A stretch of DNA of 54,321 bases from assembly GCA_964546375.1 (NCBI GenBank), contig CAZJJO010000001.1, positions 5,614-59,934 of the forward strand, written 5' to 3'. This document shows positions 36,584-45,520 of this stretch, piece by piece. Position numbers and translations under genes: made by a program. Under the pieces are notes generated by a model, which saw only the letters and a program-made list of their open reading frames with translations, was not told where the DNA came from and did no database searches. Every line of letters starts with the position of its first letter. Position 1 is the first letter of the stretch. This DNA is from an uncultured Gemmatimonadota bacterium (GTDB lineage: Bacteria; Gemmatimonadota; Gemmatimonadetes; Palauibacterales; Palauibacteraceae).

Positions 36584-37512
36584 ACCCGTCCGGGGCCTCC
36601 GACCTGCTGGCCCGCCTGCCCGACCGCGTCACCGGGCTGGCCTTCCGGGACCTCCTCCTCTGGCTGGCCCTGGCCCTGGCGGTGGCCGTCGTGGTCCGGA
36701 TCGTCCGCCGGTGGGTGGACCGGGAGATCGAGGACGTCAACCGCCGGCACAAGGTCCGCAAGGCGGTGGGCTACACCGGCGTCGCCGTGGTGCTGATGGC
36801 CGGGGTGGCGATGCTGGTGGGCCACTTCACCTCGGTGGCCGCCGTGCTGGGGATCCTGGCCGCGGGCGCGGCGGTGGCCCTCCAGGACACCGCGAAGAAC
36901 GCGGTGGGCTGGCTGTACCTCTCCAGCCGGTCCGGGCTGGCCCCCGGGGCTCGCGTGGAGGTGGACGGCGTCGTGGGGGAGATCATCGACGTGGGCGTGA
37001 TGAAGACCACCGTCCTGGAGGTGGGCCACCTGGTGGAGGGGCGCCAGTCCAGCGGGCGCCTGGCCTCGATCCCCAACGCGAAGTTCATGAACCAGTCCGC
37101 CCTCTACTCGCCCGACTACGCCCCCTGGGCCTGGCACGAGACGAGCTTCCTGCTCACCTACGAGAGCGACTGGGAGCGGGGGGCGGAGCTGCTGGAGGAG
37201 CTGGGCGAGGAGCTGCACGGGGAGCTGGAGTCGGAGATGATGGAGGGCTTCCGGCGGCTGGAGCGGAACTTCGCGTTCAAGCACGGCCCCCTCACCCCCA
37301 TCGTCTACGTCCAGGCCCGGGACTCGGGCGTCCAGCTCACCCTCCGGTTCCTGACCCACATCCGACGCCGCCGGGGGTCGGAGGACCGGCTGGTGCGCGC
37401 CGTCCTCCGGGCGGTCGACCGGGAGCCGGAGCTGGAGATCGCCTATCCCACCTGGCGCATCTACCGCCGCGGGGAGGAGCGGGACGAGGGGGCGGGCGCG
37501 CTGCCCGGCTGA
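36580..37512 (+). CDS. mechanosensitive ion channel (MscS) family protein
   Basis: GTG at 36580 overlaps the upstream stop (GTGA). It has TM helices followed by GARVEVDGVVGEIIDVGVMKTTVLE (MscS beta-domain signature). Confidence 0.85.
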   Translation: MNPSGASDLLARLPDRVTGLAFRDLLLWLALALAVAVVVRIVRRWVDREIEDVNRRHKVRKAVGYTGVAVVLMAGVAMLVGHFTSVAAVLGILAAGAAVALQDTAKNAVGWLYLSSRSGLAPGARVEVDGVVGEIIDVGVMKTTVLEVGHLVEGRQSSGRLASIPNAKFMNQSALYSPDYAPWAWHETSFLLTYESDWERGAELLEELGEELHGELESEMMEGFRRLERNFAFKHGPLTPIVYVQARDSGVQLTLRFLTHIRRRRGSEDRLVRAVLRAVDREPELEIAYPTWRIYRRGEERDEGAGALPG

Positions 37513-37671
37513 GCGCGGCCGCGGTCGCTCCGCCCCCGGCTCCGGCGCGGCGGGCGGCGGCGGGCCGGAAGGCGGGTCGACGGCTTGTCCCCGGCCCCGT
37601 CTCCGGCGATCTTGCCGGCCGAGCCCGGCGCCGTCCCCGGCGTGACTCGCCCCCCGACAGGAAGCCCCGAC

Positions 37672-38436
37672 ATGCGCATCGTCACCGCCCTCGCGACCGT
37701 CCTCGTGCTGGCCGTCGCCTCCGCCTGCGGCGGCGACGGCCGGGCCGCTCCGTCCGACCGGTCCGCCGGCGACCGGGCCGGGGCCGGCGGGGCGGCCGCC
37801 GCCGCGGCGGAGGAGGGGCGTCCCTCGGGTCAGGAGAGTCCGCTCCGCTCGCCGGAGAGCGAGGCGATGAACGCCCGGGCTCCCGACGTCTTCCGGGCGG
37901 TCCTGCACACCACCGAGGGGCCGGTCACGGTCGAGGTCCGCCGGGACTGGGCGCCCCGGGGGGCGGACCGGTTCTACAACCTGGCCCGTCACGGATTCTT
38001 CGAGGACGCCCGTTTCTTCCGGGTGATCGAGGGGTTCGTGGCGCAGTTCGGGCTCTCGGGCCGGCCCGAGCTGGACCGTCTCTGGCGGCGCCATCCCATC
38101 CCGGACGACTCGGTGCGCCGGAGCAACGAGCGGGGCACGCTCACCTTCGCCAGCGCGGGCGAGGACACGCGCACCACCCAGCTCTTCGTCAACCTGGCCG
38201 ACAACGAGCGTCTGGACGGGATGGGCTTCGCGCCCATCGGCCGGGTCGTCGACGGGATGGCGGCCGTCGATTCCCTGTATGCCGGCTACGGCGACGGCCC
38301 GCCCCGCGGAAACGGACCCTCCCAGCAGGAGATCCTGGAGCGGGGCAACGAGTATCTGGAGGCGGAGTTCCCCGAGCTGGATCGGATCGAGTCGGTCGAG
38401 GTCCGGGAGGGCGCGGGCGAGTCCGGGGAGGGATGA
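37672..38436 (+). CDS. cyclophilin-type peptidyl-prolyl isomerase lipoprotein
   Basis: Lipobox LAVASAC, then FYNLARHGFFEDARFFRVIEGFVAQFG...GTLTFA...TQLFVNL. ATG at 37672. Confidence 0.9.
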   Translation: MRIVTALATVLVLAVASACGGDGRAAPSDRSAGDRAGAGGAAAAAAEEGRPSGQESPLRSPESEAMNARAPDVFRAVLHTTEGPVTVEVRRDWAPRGADRFYNLARHGFFEDARFFRVIEGFVAQFGLSGRPELDRLWRRHPIPDDSVRRSNERGTLTFASAGEDTRTTQLFVNLADNERLDGMGFAPIGRVVDGMAAVDSLYAGYGDGPPRGNGPSQQEILERGNEYLEAEFPELDRIESVEVREGAGESGEG

Positions 38437-38578
38437 GTCCCCCGGCGCCCCCCGTCGGCGGGGGCGTCGGCCCGGACGCACGGCCCCCGGAGGGACCGGC
38501 CCGCTCCGCGCCGGCTCGGGCCGGAGCGCGCGCCGCCCGAAGGATCGGAGCCAACGGATCACGGGAGGGAGCAGGACG

Positions 38579-38890
38579 ATCGGAGAGCTGGTCGAGCTCT
38601 GTCACGTCTCGGAGCTGAACCCGGGCGAGGGCACGACGGTCCACGCCGCCGACCGGGACGTCGCCGTCTTCAACGTCGACGGCGAGTTCCACGCCCTGGA
38701 GAACGCCTGCACGCACGAGGGCGGGCCCCTGGGCCAGGGGATGCTCTTCGGATCGACGGTGAGCTGTCCCTGGCACTTCGCCGAGTTCGACGTCACCACC
38801 GGCGAGTCGCTGGACGACATCGCCCCCTGCGACGCCAGGACGTATCCGGTGACCGTGGAGGACGGGGTGGTGAAGGCGGAGCTCGACTGA
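38579..38890 (+). CDS. Rieske [2Fe-2S] ferredoxin-like protein
   Basis: CTHEGGPL...CPWHFAEFD is the CxH...CxxH Rieske motif. There is no canonical in-frame start between the cyclophilin gene and the first Rieske motif. I placed the start at ATC 38579, which is 7 nt after GGGAGGGAG. CTG at 38588 is an alternative. Confidence 0.7.
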   Translation: MGELVELCHVSELNPGEGTTVHAADRDVAVFNVDGEFHALENACTHEGGPLGQGMLFGSTVSCPWHFAEFDVTTGESLDDIAPCDARTYPVTVEDGVVKAELD

Positions 38891-38908
38891 TCCTCCGGGA
38901 GGGAGCCC

Positions 38909-40147
38909 ATGGCAGCGTCGAAGCCGTCCCCGGCCCCCGCGTCCCGGCCGCCGGCGACGGTCGCGGCGGCCGCGGCGGCGCTCCTGGCCCTCGGCTGCGG
39001 CGGCGACGGCGTCCCGGTGGCCCCGGGGGACGGAGGCGCGGATCCGTCCCCGCCCGCCTCGTGGTCGGCGGTGGCGGCGGGCGACGGCTTCACCTGCGCG
39101 TCGGCCGGGGACGGCCGGACCTTCTGCTGGGGGAGCCGCCGGGCGGGCCGGATCGGCGACGGCGGGACCGAGGGCGTGGCCGAGCGGCCGGTCCGGGTGG
39201 AGGCGAACCTGCGGCCGGACCTCCGGCTGGACACGGTGGTCGCCGGTCCGGGGCACGCCTGCGGCCTCACCGACGACGGCGAGGCCCTGTGCTGGGGACG
39301 AAACGACGCGGGCCAGCTCGGAGCCGGCGCCCCCGGGCGCTGTCCGACCGGCGACGACCGTGTCGCCTGCTCGACGCGGGCGGTCCGGGCGGCCGCCCCG
39401 CTCCGCTTCCGCGCCCTCTCGGCCGGCGGCTCCCACACCTGCGGCATCACCGGGGACGGGTTCCTCGCCTGCTGGGGGAGCAACGCCGCGGGCCAGCTCG
39501 GGATCGGGCGGTTCGGGGGCGGAGGCGCCGGGCCCCGCGCCGTCCTCCGGGCCACGGAGCGGGTGGCCGCCGGGGCGCTGCACACCTGCGCGCTGGCCCT
39601 GGGCGGCGACGTCCTGTGCTGGGGCGCCAACGGGGACGGCCAGCTCGGCGACCGGACGTTCGTCCCGCGCACCGCGCCGATCGTGGCCACCGCCCGGGGG
39701 GGCTCCGGCCTGGCGGCGGGGGCCCGCCACACGTGCGTGCTGGCGCCGGCCCACTGCTGGGGGCGGGGCGCCGAGGGGCAGATCGGCGACGGCGAGTCGC
39801 GGACGGTGCCGTTCCCGGCGCGGGTGACGGGCGACCACGACTTCGAGGCGCTGGCCGCCGGCGCCTTCCACACCTGCGGGCTGGACGCCGGCGGCCGGGC
39901 CTTCTGCTGGGGGCGGGGCGACGAGGGGGCCCTCGGGACGGGAGCGACGCCCGAGCTCCGCACGAGCCCCGTCCCGCTGGCGGAGGACCGCGCCTGGCGG
40001 ACGCTGTCGGCCGGCCGGGGCCACACCTGCGGCGTCGACGCCGACGGCGCCCTGCTGTGCTGGGGACGCAACGACCGGGGCCAGGTCGGCGACGGCACGC
40101 GTCAGGACCGGTCGGTCCCGACGGCCGTCGGCGACCCGGCGGGGTGA
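38909..40147 (+). CDS. RCC1-repeat (beta-propeller) lipoprotein
   Basis: Lipobox LLALGC. Repeated units follow, such as HTCG...G...CWG.N..GQLG (seven or so blades). ATG at 38909 is preceded by GGGAGGGAG. Confidence 0.88.
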   Translation: MAASKPSPAPASRPPATVAAAAAALLALGCGGDGVPVAPGDGGADPSPPASWSAVAAGDGFTCASAGDGRTFCWGSRRAGRIGDGGTEGVAERPVRVEANLRPDLRLDTVVAGPGHACGLTDDGEALCWGRNDAGQLGAGAPGRCPTGDDRVACSTRAVRAAAPLRFRALSAGGSHTCGITGDGFLACWGSNAAGQLGIGRFGGGGAGPRAVLRATERVAAGALHTCALALGGDVLCWGANGDGQLGDRTFVPRTAPIVATARGGSGLAAGARHTCVLAPAHCWGRGAEGQIGDGESRTVPFPARVTGDHDFEALAAGAFHTCGLDAGGRAFCWGRGDEGALGTGATPELRTSPVPLAEDRAWRTLSAGRGHTCGVDADGALLCWGRNDRGQVGDGTRQDRSVPTAVGDPAG

Positions 40148-40237
40148 GCCGGCCGACGGGGGTCGGCCGGAGGCCGGGGCGAGGGCCCGGGCACGAGCCG
40201 AGATCGAGCACGAACCGGTGACCGGGAGAGGACGACG

Positions 40238-41560
40238 ATGAGCGTGGGCGAGGCGACGGAGGCCGGCGTCGGGACGGAGCGCCTGAAGGCCTGGGTGGTG
40301 GAGGCCCGCCGCCGGAGCCTGGAGCTGGTGGCCGACCTGGACGACGACCAGCTCGTGGGGCCTCACCTGGACGTGATCAACCCGCTGCTCTGGGAGATCG
40401 GGCACGCGGCCTGGTTCCAGGAGCGATGGGTCCTGCGGCAGGGGATCGGTGCGTCGCCGATCCGCTCCGACGCCGACGACCTCTGGGACTCCATCGCCAT
40501 CCCCCACGACGACCGCTGGGAGCTGCCGCTGCCGGAGCGCGACGAGACGGTGGCCTACATGACGGACGTCCGCGACCGGGTGGTGGAGGCGCTGGAGCGC
40601 CGGCCGGAGGACGAGCGCCTGCGGTACCTGGCCCGGTACTCCGTCCACCACGAGGACATGCACGCCGAGGCCTACACCTATGCCCGACAGACGCTGGCCT
40701 ACCCCCGCCCCCCGATCTCCGAGGTCCCGTCCCGGCCGGAGGAGGGCGGCCCCCTGCCGGGCGACGTGGAGGTCCCGGGCGGGACCTACCGGCTCGGCGT
40801 CGAGCCGGACGGAGGCTTCGCGTTCGACAACGAGAAGTGGGCGCACGAGGTCGAGCTGGAGCCGTTCCGCATCGGCCGCGCCCCGGTCACGGCGGGAGAG
40901 TTCGCCGAGTTCGTCGAGGACGGCGGCTATCGCCGGCAAGAGCTGTGGAGCGAGGCCGGCTGGCGATGGCGCCGGGAGGCCGGGGCGGAGCGGCCGGCCT
41001 ACTGGCGGCGCGACGGGGAGGGCGGCTGGGAGGTCCGGAGGTTCCGGCGCTGGGAGCCGCTGGCGCCCCACCGGCCGATGATCCACGCGAACTGGCACGA
41101 GGCCCGGGCCTGGTGCCGGTGGGCCGGGCGCCGGCTGCCGACCGAGGCCGAGTGGGAGGCGGCGGCCGCGGCCGTCCCGGACGGCGGCGGGGGACTCGCC
41201 GGGGGGCGGCGCACCTATCCCTGGGGCGAGGAGGCGCCGTCCCCGGAGCGGCTGAACGCCGACTGGCGGGCCATGGGCACGGTGGACGTCGGCGCCCTGC
41301 CGGCGGGCGACAGCGCCTTCGGCTGCCGGCAGATGCTCGGCAACGTCTGGGAGTGGACCGTCGACGCGTTCGAGCCCTATCCCGGCTTCGAGCCCGACAT
41401 GTACCGGGAGTACTCCCGGCCCTGGTTCGGCGACCACCGGGTCCTGCGGGGCGGAGGGTGGCCGGCGCGCTCGCGCCTGCTTCGGAACACGGTCCGGAGC
41501 TTCTACACGCCCGACCGCCGCGACGTGTGGGCGGGCTTCCGCACCTGCGAGGCGACGTGA
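40238..41560 (+). CDS. senA: EgtB/SenA family sulfoxide/selenoxide synthase (DinB-like + FGE-sulfatase domains), likely selenoneine synthase by context
   Basis: The DinB-like N-domain carries the His triad candidates (WEIGHAAWF, SVHHEDMHAE). The FGE-type C-domain has ...NVWEWT...RVLRGGGW. It lies directly upstream of a SenB-type glycosyltransferase. Confidence 0.7.
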   Translation: MSVGEATEAGVGTERLKAWVVEARRRSLELVADLDDDQLVGPHLDVINPLLWEIGHAAWFQERWVLRQGIGASPIRSDADDLWDSIAIPHDDRWELPLPERDETVAYMTDVRDRVVEALERRPEDERLRYLARYSVHHEDMHAEAYTYARQTLAYPRPPISEVPSRPEEGGPLPGDVEVPGGTYRLGVEPDGGFAFDNEKWAHEVELEPFRIGRAPVTAGEFAEFVEDGGYRRQELWSEAGWRWRREAGAERPAYWRRDGEGGWEVRRFRRWEPLAPHRPMIHANWHEARAWCRWAGRRLPTEAEWEAAAAAVPDGGGGLAGGRRTYPWGEEAPSPERLNADWRAMGTVDVGALPAGDSAFGCRQMLGNVWEWTVDAFEPYPGFEPDMYREYSRPWFGDHRVLRGGGWPARSRLLRNTVRSFYTPDRRDVWAGFRTCEAT

Positions 41561-41600
41561 CGCCGGCGTCGGGCCGGCCGGCCGGAAGGGGAGGGACGGC

Positions 41601-42602
41601 GTGAGGGTCCTCCTGGTCAGCCCGAAGGACCCGGACGCCCGGTCCGGCAACGCCGTGACCGTCCGCCGCTGGGCCGGCCACCTCCGCGCCCTCGGCCACG
41701 GCACGGAGATCGTCCGGGGATGGGAGCCCGGGTCCGGGGAGGAGGCCGACCTGATGGTGGCGCTGCACGCCCGGCGCAGCGCCGACGCGGCGCTGGCCTG
41801 GCGACGGGAGCGCCCGGCGAGCCCGCTGGTGGTCGCGCTCACCGGCACCGACCTGTACCGGGACCTGGACGAGCACGAGGAGGCCCGGCGCGCCGTACGG
41901 GCCGCCGACCGCCTGGTGGCGCTCCAGGAGCGGGCCCCGGCCCGGCTCCCGCCGGAGCTGCGGGACCGCCTGCGGGTGATCCACCAGTCGGCCGAGCCCC
42001 CGGAGGATCCGCCTCCGCCCCTGGCGGACGTCTTCGAGGCCGCGCTGCTCTGCCACATGCGGCCGGTCAAGGACCCTTTCCGGGCCGCCGAGGCCGTCCG
42101 CCTGCTGCCCGAGGACTCGTCGATCCGGGTGACCCACGCCGGCCGCGCCCTCGGCGACGAGGCCCGCCGCCGGGCGGAGCGGGAGGACGCGTCGAACCCG
42201 CGCTACCGGTGGCTGGGCGAGCTGGACCGGGACGACGCCCTGCGCCTGCTGGCCCGGGCCCGGCTGCTGGTAGTGAGCTCGCGGCTGGAGGGCGGGGCCA
42301 ACGTGGTCACCGAGGCCCTGGCCTGCGGGACCCCGGTGCTGGCGTCCCGCATCGACGGCAGCGTGGGGCTGCTGGGGCCGACCTACCCCGGCTACTTCCC
42401 GGTGGGCGACACCGGGGCGCTGGCGCGGCTGCTCCGGCGGGCGGAGACCGACGGGGCGTTCCTGGAGCGGCTGGCCGAAGCCTGCCGCGGCCGGGCGGAG
42501 CTGGCCGACTCGGCCCGGGAGCGCGGGGCGTGGGCCGACCTGATGGAGGAGCTGGATCCGGCGGCCGAACCGCCCGGGATCGGGCCCGGCGGATCGGGGT
42601 GA
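41601..42602 (+). CDS. senB: TIGR04348/SenB-type glycosyltransferase (selenosugar synthase-like)
   Basis: MRVLLVSP...RSGNAVTVRRWAGHLRALGH...LMVALHARRSA...VVALTGTDLY...RVIHQSA...SSRLEGGANVVTEALACGTPVLASRIDGSVGLLGPTYPGYFPVGD matches my recollection of the family hallmarks. GTG at 41601 is preceded by GGGAGGGA. Confidence 0.65.
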   Translation: MRVLLVSPKDPDARSGNAVTVRRWAGHLRALGHGTEIVRGWEPGSGEEADLMVALHARRSADAALAWRRERPASPLVVALTGTDLYRDLDEHEEARRAVRAADRLVALQERAPARLPPELRDRLRVIHQSAEPPEDPPPPLADVFEAALLCHMRPVKDPFRAAEAVRLLPEDSSIRVTHAGRALGDEARRRAEREDASNPRYRWLGELDRDDALRLLARARLLVVSSRLEGGANVVTEALACGTPVLASRIDGSVGLLGPTYPGYFPVGDTGALARLLRRAETDGAFLERLAEACRGRAELADSARERGAWADLMEELDPAAEPPGIGPGGSG

Positions 42603-42618
42603 GCGGGCCGCCGCCGGA

Positions 42619-43479
42619 TCAGAGGGCGTCGAGGATCCGCTCCAGGCGCTCGGCGGCCCGGCCGGTCCCCAGGTTGCTGACATAGAAGCGCCGGACGCCC
42701 GCGTTCCGGAGACGCCGGATGGAGCGGGCGCAGATCTCCTCGGGCGCGTCCCCGCGCTCGAACGCCCGGGTGACCTCGTCGGCCGGCACGGGGAAGAAGT
42801 CCGACAGGTGCTCCAGGGTGTCGGGGTTCGCGCTCCGGTAGTAGAAGACGCCGAAGACACCGGGCAGCGAGAGGCCCCGGCGACGGACGGCCTCCAGGAA
42901 GGCCTCCACCCGGTCCAGGTGGTGGTGCGAGACCACCTGGGTGAGGTAGAACTCGGCGGTGAACGCCTCGTCCGCCAGGTAGCCCGCCTGGGTCTCCGGA
43001 TCCCGGTGGGGGTTGGCCCACCCGCCCAGGGCGAGCCCGGGGGTGCGTTCCCGGATCTTCCGCCGGAGCTGATAGGCGTGGTCCACGCACCGGGGCGGGC
43101 CCGTCGACCGGTCGCCGCCCAGCACCACCAGCGCCTCGAGGCCGGCCGAGTAGGCCCGGTCGGCGTAGCCCAGGCAGTAGGAGAGCGGGTGCTTGCAGGT
43201 GAGGAACGGAGCCATGAGCGACGGGTCCATGTCCCCGGCCAGGTTGGAGGTGAGGTGGAGGAGGTTCTCCTCCTCGGCCTCCCCGACCGCGTTGTCCGTC
43301 AGGAAGACCGGCGTCTCCCTCCGCTCGAGGCGGTGCATGGCGTGATGGAGGTCGATCCAGTCGGAGAGGCTGTCGCGCCCCGAGCCGTCGCGGCGAGGGG
43401 GACGGAACTCGGCCGCCACCAGGGGGGCGCGGCGACGCAGGCGACGGACGAAGGCGACGTCCTCGGGGCGGCGGTTCAT
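42619..43479 (-). CDS. methylenetetrahydrofolate reductase-like protein
   Basis: AEFRPPRRD..., ...TCKH... and ALVVLGGD are reminiscent of MetF family motifs. ATG at 43479, with TTG at 43491 as an alternative. Confidence 0.55.
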   Translation of the reverse strand: MNRRPEDVAFVRRLRRRAPLVAAEFRPPRRDGSGRDSLSDWIDLHHAMHRLERRETPVFLTDNAVGEAEEENLLHLTSNLAGDMDPSLMAPFLTCKHPLSYCLGYADRAYSAGLEALVVLGGDRSTGPPRCVDHAYQLRRKIRERTPGLALGGWANPHRDPETQAGYLADEAFTAEFYLTQVVSHHHLDRVEAFLEAVRRRGLSLPGVFGVFYYRSANPDTLEHLSDFFPVPADEVTRAFERGDAPEEICARSIRRLRNAGVRRFYVSNLGTGRAAERLERILDAL

Positions 43480-43544
43480 GGCGGCCGGCAAGCTAGCCGC
43501 CGCGGCCGCGCCGAAAAAGCGGCTTCGGCCGGGGGAAACGGCCG

Positions 43545-44312
43545 GTGAGCGGCGTGGAGGACCCGCCCGCCCCGCCGCCGAGGGAGCCGCTGGGCGGGCC
43601 GCTGGCGCCGGCCCGGCTGGTCGAGCGGCCGAACCGCTTCCTGGTCCGGGCGCGCCGGGAGGGGGAGCTGGTGGAGGCCCATCTCCCCAACCCCGGCCGG
43701 CTCGAGGAGCTGCTGGTGGACGGGCGGCGCCTGCGCCTGAGGCCGGCCCCGGAGGGCGCCGACCGCAAGACCGACTGGACGGCGGTGCTGGTGGAGACGC
43801 CGCAGGGGGACGGATGGGTGTCGCTCGACACCACCCTCCCGAACCGGCTGGTCGGGCGCGCCCTGCGACGCGGCTGGATCGAGGAGCTGGCGGGCTGGAC
43901 GCTCGAGGGGACGGAGGTGGCGCTGGGCGATTCGCGCCTGGACTTCGTCCTGTCCGACGGCGAGCGCCGGCTGGCGCTGGAGGTGAAGAGCGTGACGCTG
44001 GTCCGTGAGCGGGTGGGCCGCTTCCCCGACGCCGTCACCGCCCGGGGCACCCGCCACGTCCGGGAGCTGGCCGGGCTGGCCGGGCGCGAGGGCTGGTCCG
44101 CGGCCGTGCTCTTCGTCGCCCAGCGGCCCGACGTCGACCGGGTCGTCGCCGACGAGGCGATCGATCCCGCCTTCGCCGCCGCCCTGCGGTCGGCCCGCGC
44201 GGAGGGGGTGCGGGCCCTGGCGCGGCGCTGTCGGGTCGATCCCGCCGCGGTGGAGCTGGGAGGCGGGGTGCCGGTCGGCCGGTCCGACGGGGCCCGCCCG
44301 GCCGGGGGGTGA
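43545..44312 (+). CDS. sfsA: sugar fermentation stimulation protein SfsA (DNA/RNA nuclease fold)
   Basis: RPNRFLVRAR...EAHLPNPGRLEELL...SRLDFVL...LEVKSVTL...FPDAVTARGTRHVRELA. Confidence 0.88.
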   Translation: MSGVEDPPAPPPREPLGGPLAPARLVERPNRFLVRARREGELVEAHLPNPGRLEELLVDGRRLRLRPAPEGADRKTDWTAVLVETPQGDGWVSLDTTLPNRLVGRALRRGWIEELAGWTLEGTEVALGDSRLDFVLSDGERRLALEVKSVTLVRERVGRFPDAVTARGTRHVRELAGLAGREGWSAAVLFVAQRPDVDRVVADEAIDPAFAAALRSARAEGVRALARRCRVDPAAVELGGGVPVGRSDGARPAGG

Positions 44313-44343
44313 CGGGGCGCCGGCGCGGCCCGTCGCCGACGGC

Positions 44344-45228
44344 TCAGCCGCAGCCGGTGACCTCGTCCAGGAAGGGGAGCAGGGCGTCCCAGAAGCCCTC
44401 GTCGTCCCACAGGTCGTTGTGTCCGGCGCCGGGCGCCTCGTGCCACCGGGCCGGCCCGGCCAGGGCACGGTGGACCGCCCGGGTCTGCTCGCGGGGCACT
44501 ACCCGGTCCCGGGCCCCCCGGGCCACCAGCGCGGGCAGGGTCAGCTCGGCCGCCCGGGCCCGGGTCTCGAACCGCTGGGTGGGCCAGCCCCGGAAGACGG
44601 CGTCGGGCAGCCACCCGTACAGCTCCGCGCCGAGCTCGGGCACGCTGGTGAAGGCCCCGGTCAGGACCACCCCCGCGGCCGGTCGCCGGGTGGCCAGGCG
44701 GGCGGCCACCGCGGCCCCGAGGGAGTGCCCCGCCACCACGAGCCGCTCCGGGGCCACGTCCCGGTCCTCCACCAGGTGGCGGTGGGCCGCCAGCGCGTCC
44801 CGGCCCAGCCCCTCCTCGTCGGGCGAGCCCTCGCTTCGCCCGTAGCCCCGGTAGTCCAGCAGGAGGGCGGCCCGACCGGACGCGGCCAGCCGCCTCGCCA
44901 CGAAGGCGCGCCCGGCCAGGTGTCCGGCGTTGCCGTGCAGGAAGAGGACGGCCCCGCAGCCCTCGCCGCGCGCCGGGGGCACCCACCAGGCGTGCAGGCG
45001 GACGCCGTCGTCGGCGCGGATCCAGACCTCCTCGCCCGCGGCGAGGCCGTGGTCGACCGGGGACGAGCGCTCGGCCGGCAGGTCGGGCGGGAAGAAGACC
45101 AGCGCGGGCGCCAGGTGGCGCGCGACGAGGCCGGGCAGGGTCACCGCGGCCCCCAGCAGGAGCCCGAGCGCGGCGACCACGGCCAGCGCCGTCGCCAGGC
45201 GCCTTCGGAGGCCCGCACGGGAGCTCAC
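44344..45228 (-). CDS. membrane-anchored alpha/beta hydrolase
   Basis: N-terminal TM helix LATALAVVAALGLLLGAAV. It also has VLFLHGNAGH, the nucleophile elbow VAGHSLGAAVA and ...GAGHNDL. The start is uncertain, and I chose GTG at 45228. Confidence 0.8.
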   Translation of the reverse strand: MSSRAGLRRRLATALAVVAALGLLLGAAVTLPGLVARHLAPALVFFPPDLPAERSSPVDHGLAAGEEVWIRADDGVRLHAWWVPPARGEGCGAVLFLHGNAGHLAGRAFVARRLAASGRAALLLDYRGYGRSEGSPDEEGLGRDALAAHRHLVEDRDVAPERLVVAGHSLGAAVAARLATRRPAAGVVLTGAFTSVPELGAELYGWLPDAVFRGWPTQRFETRARAAELTLPALVARGARDRVVPREQTRAVHRALAGPARWHEAPGAGHNDLWDDEGFWDALLPFLDEVTGCG

Positions 45229-45520
45229 CCGCTCCGGCGGGGGCGGACCGGTCCCTGCGCCCGCTCCCGTCCTCGCATCGATGCGTCCTCCCTCCGTCGT
45301 ACGCCCCGGCGGTCGATCCTCGGCCGCGGGACAAGGTAGGCGCCGGCCCGCCCCGCCCGAACCGGCGGGTCGGGCCGAACGAGGAGCGGGGACGGATCGG
45401 GCCGGGAGGCGCGGGCGAGGGGGCTCGGGGCGGTCGCGATCTTGCACGTTCCTCTTCCCCGACCGGGGAGGGTGCGCCCCCGGCAGCTCGCGCCACCTCG
45501 AACTCGTGGAGCGGACCCCC

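Noticed and set aside
38909-40147. Periodic DNA similarity in the RCC1 gene as a possible tandem repeat or CRISPR-like array
   Set aside because: The periodicity is at the protein level (about 50-aa RCC1 blades: HTCG...CWG.N..GQLG) within one continuous ORF. There are no identical direct repeats separated by unique spacers.
38189-42070. 1293-aa minus-strand ORF opposite the Rieske/RCC1/senA/senB region
   Set aside because: It is extremely Arg/Pro/Gly/Ala-rich with no recognisable domain. The plus-strand genes have strong motifs, RBSs and lipobox or signal features.
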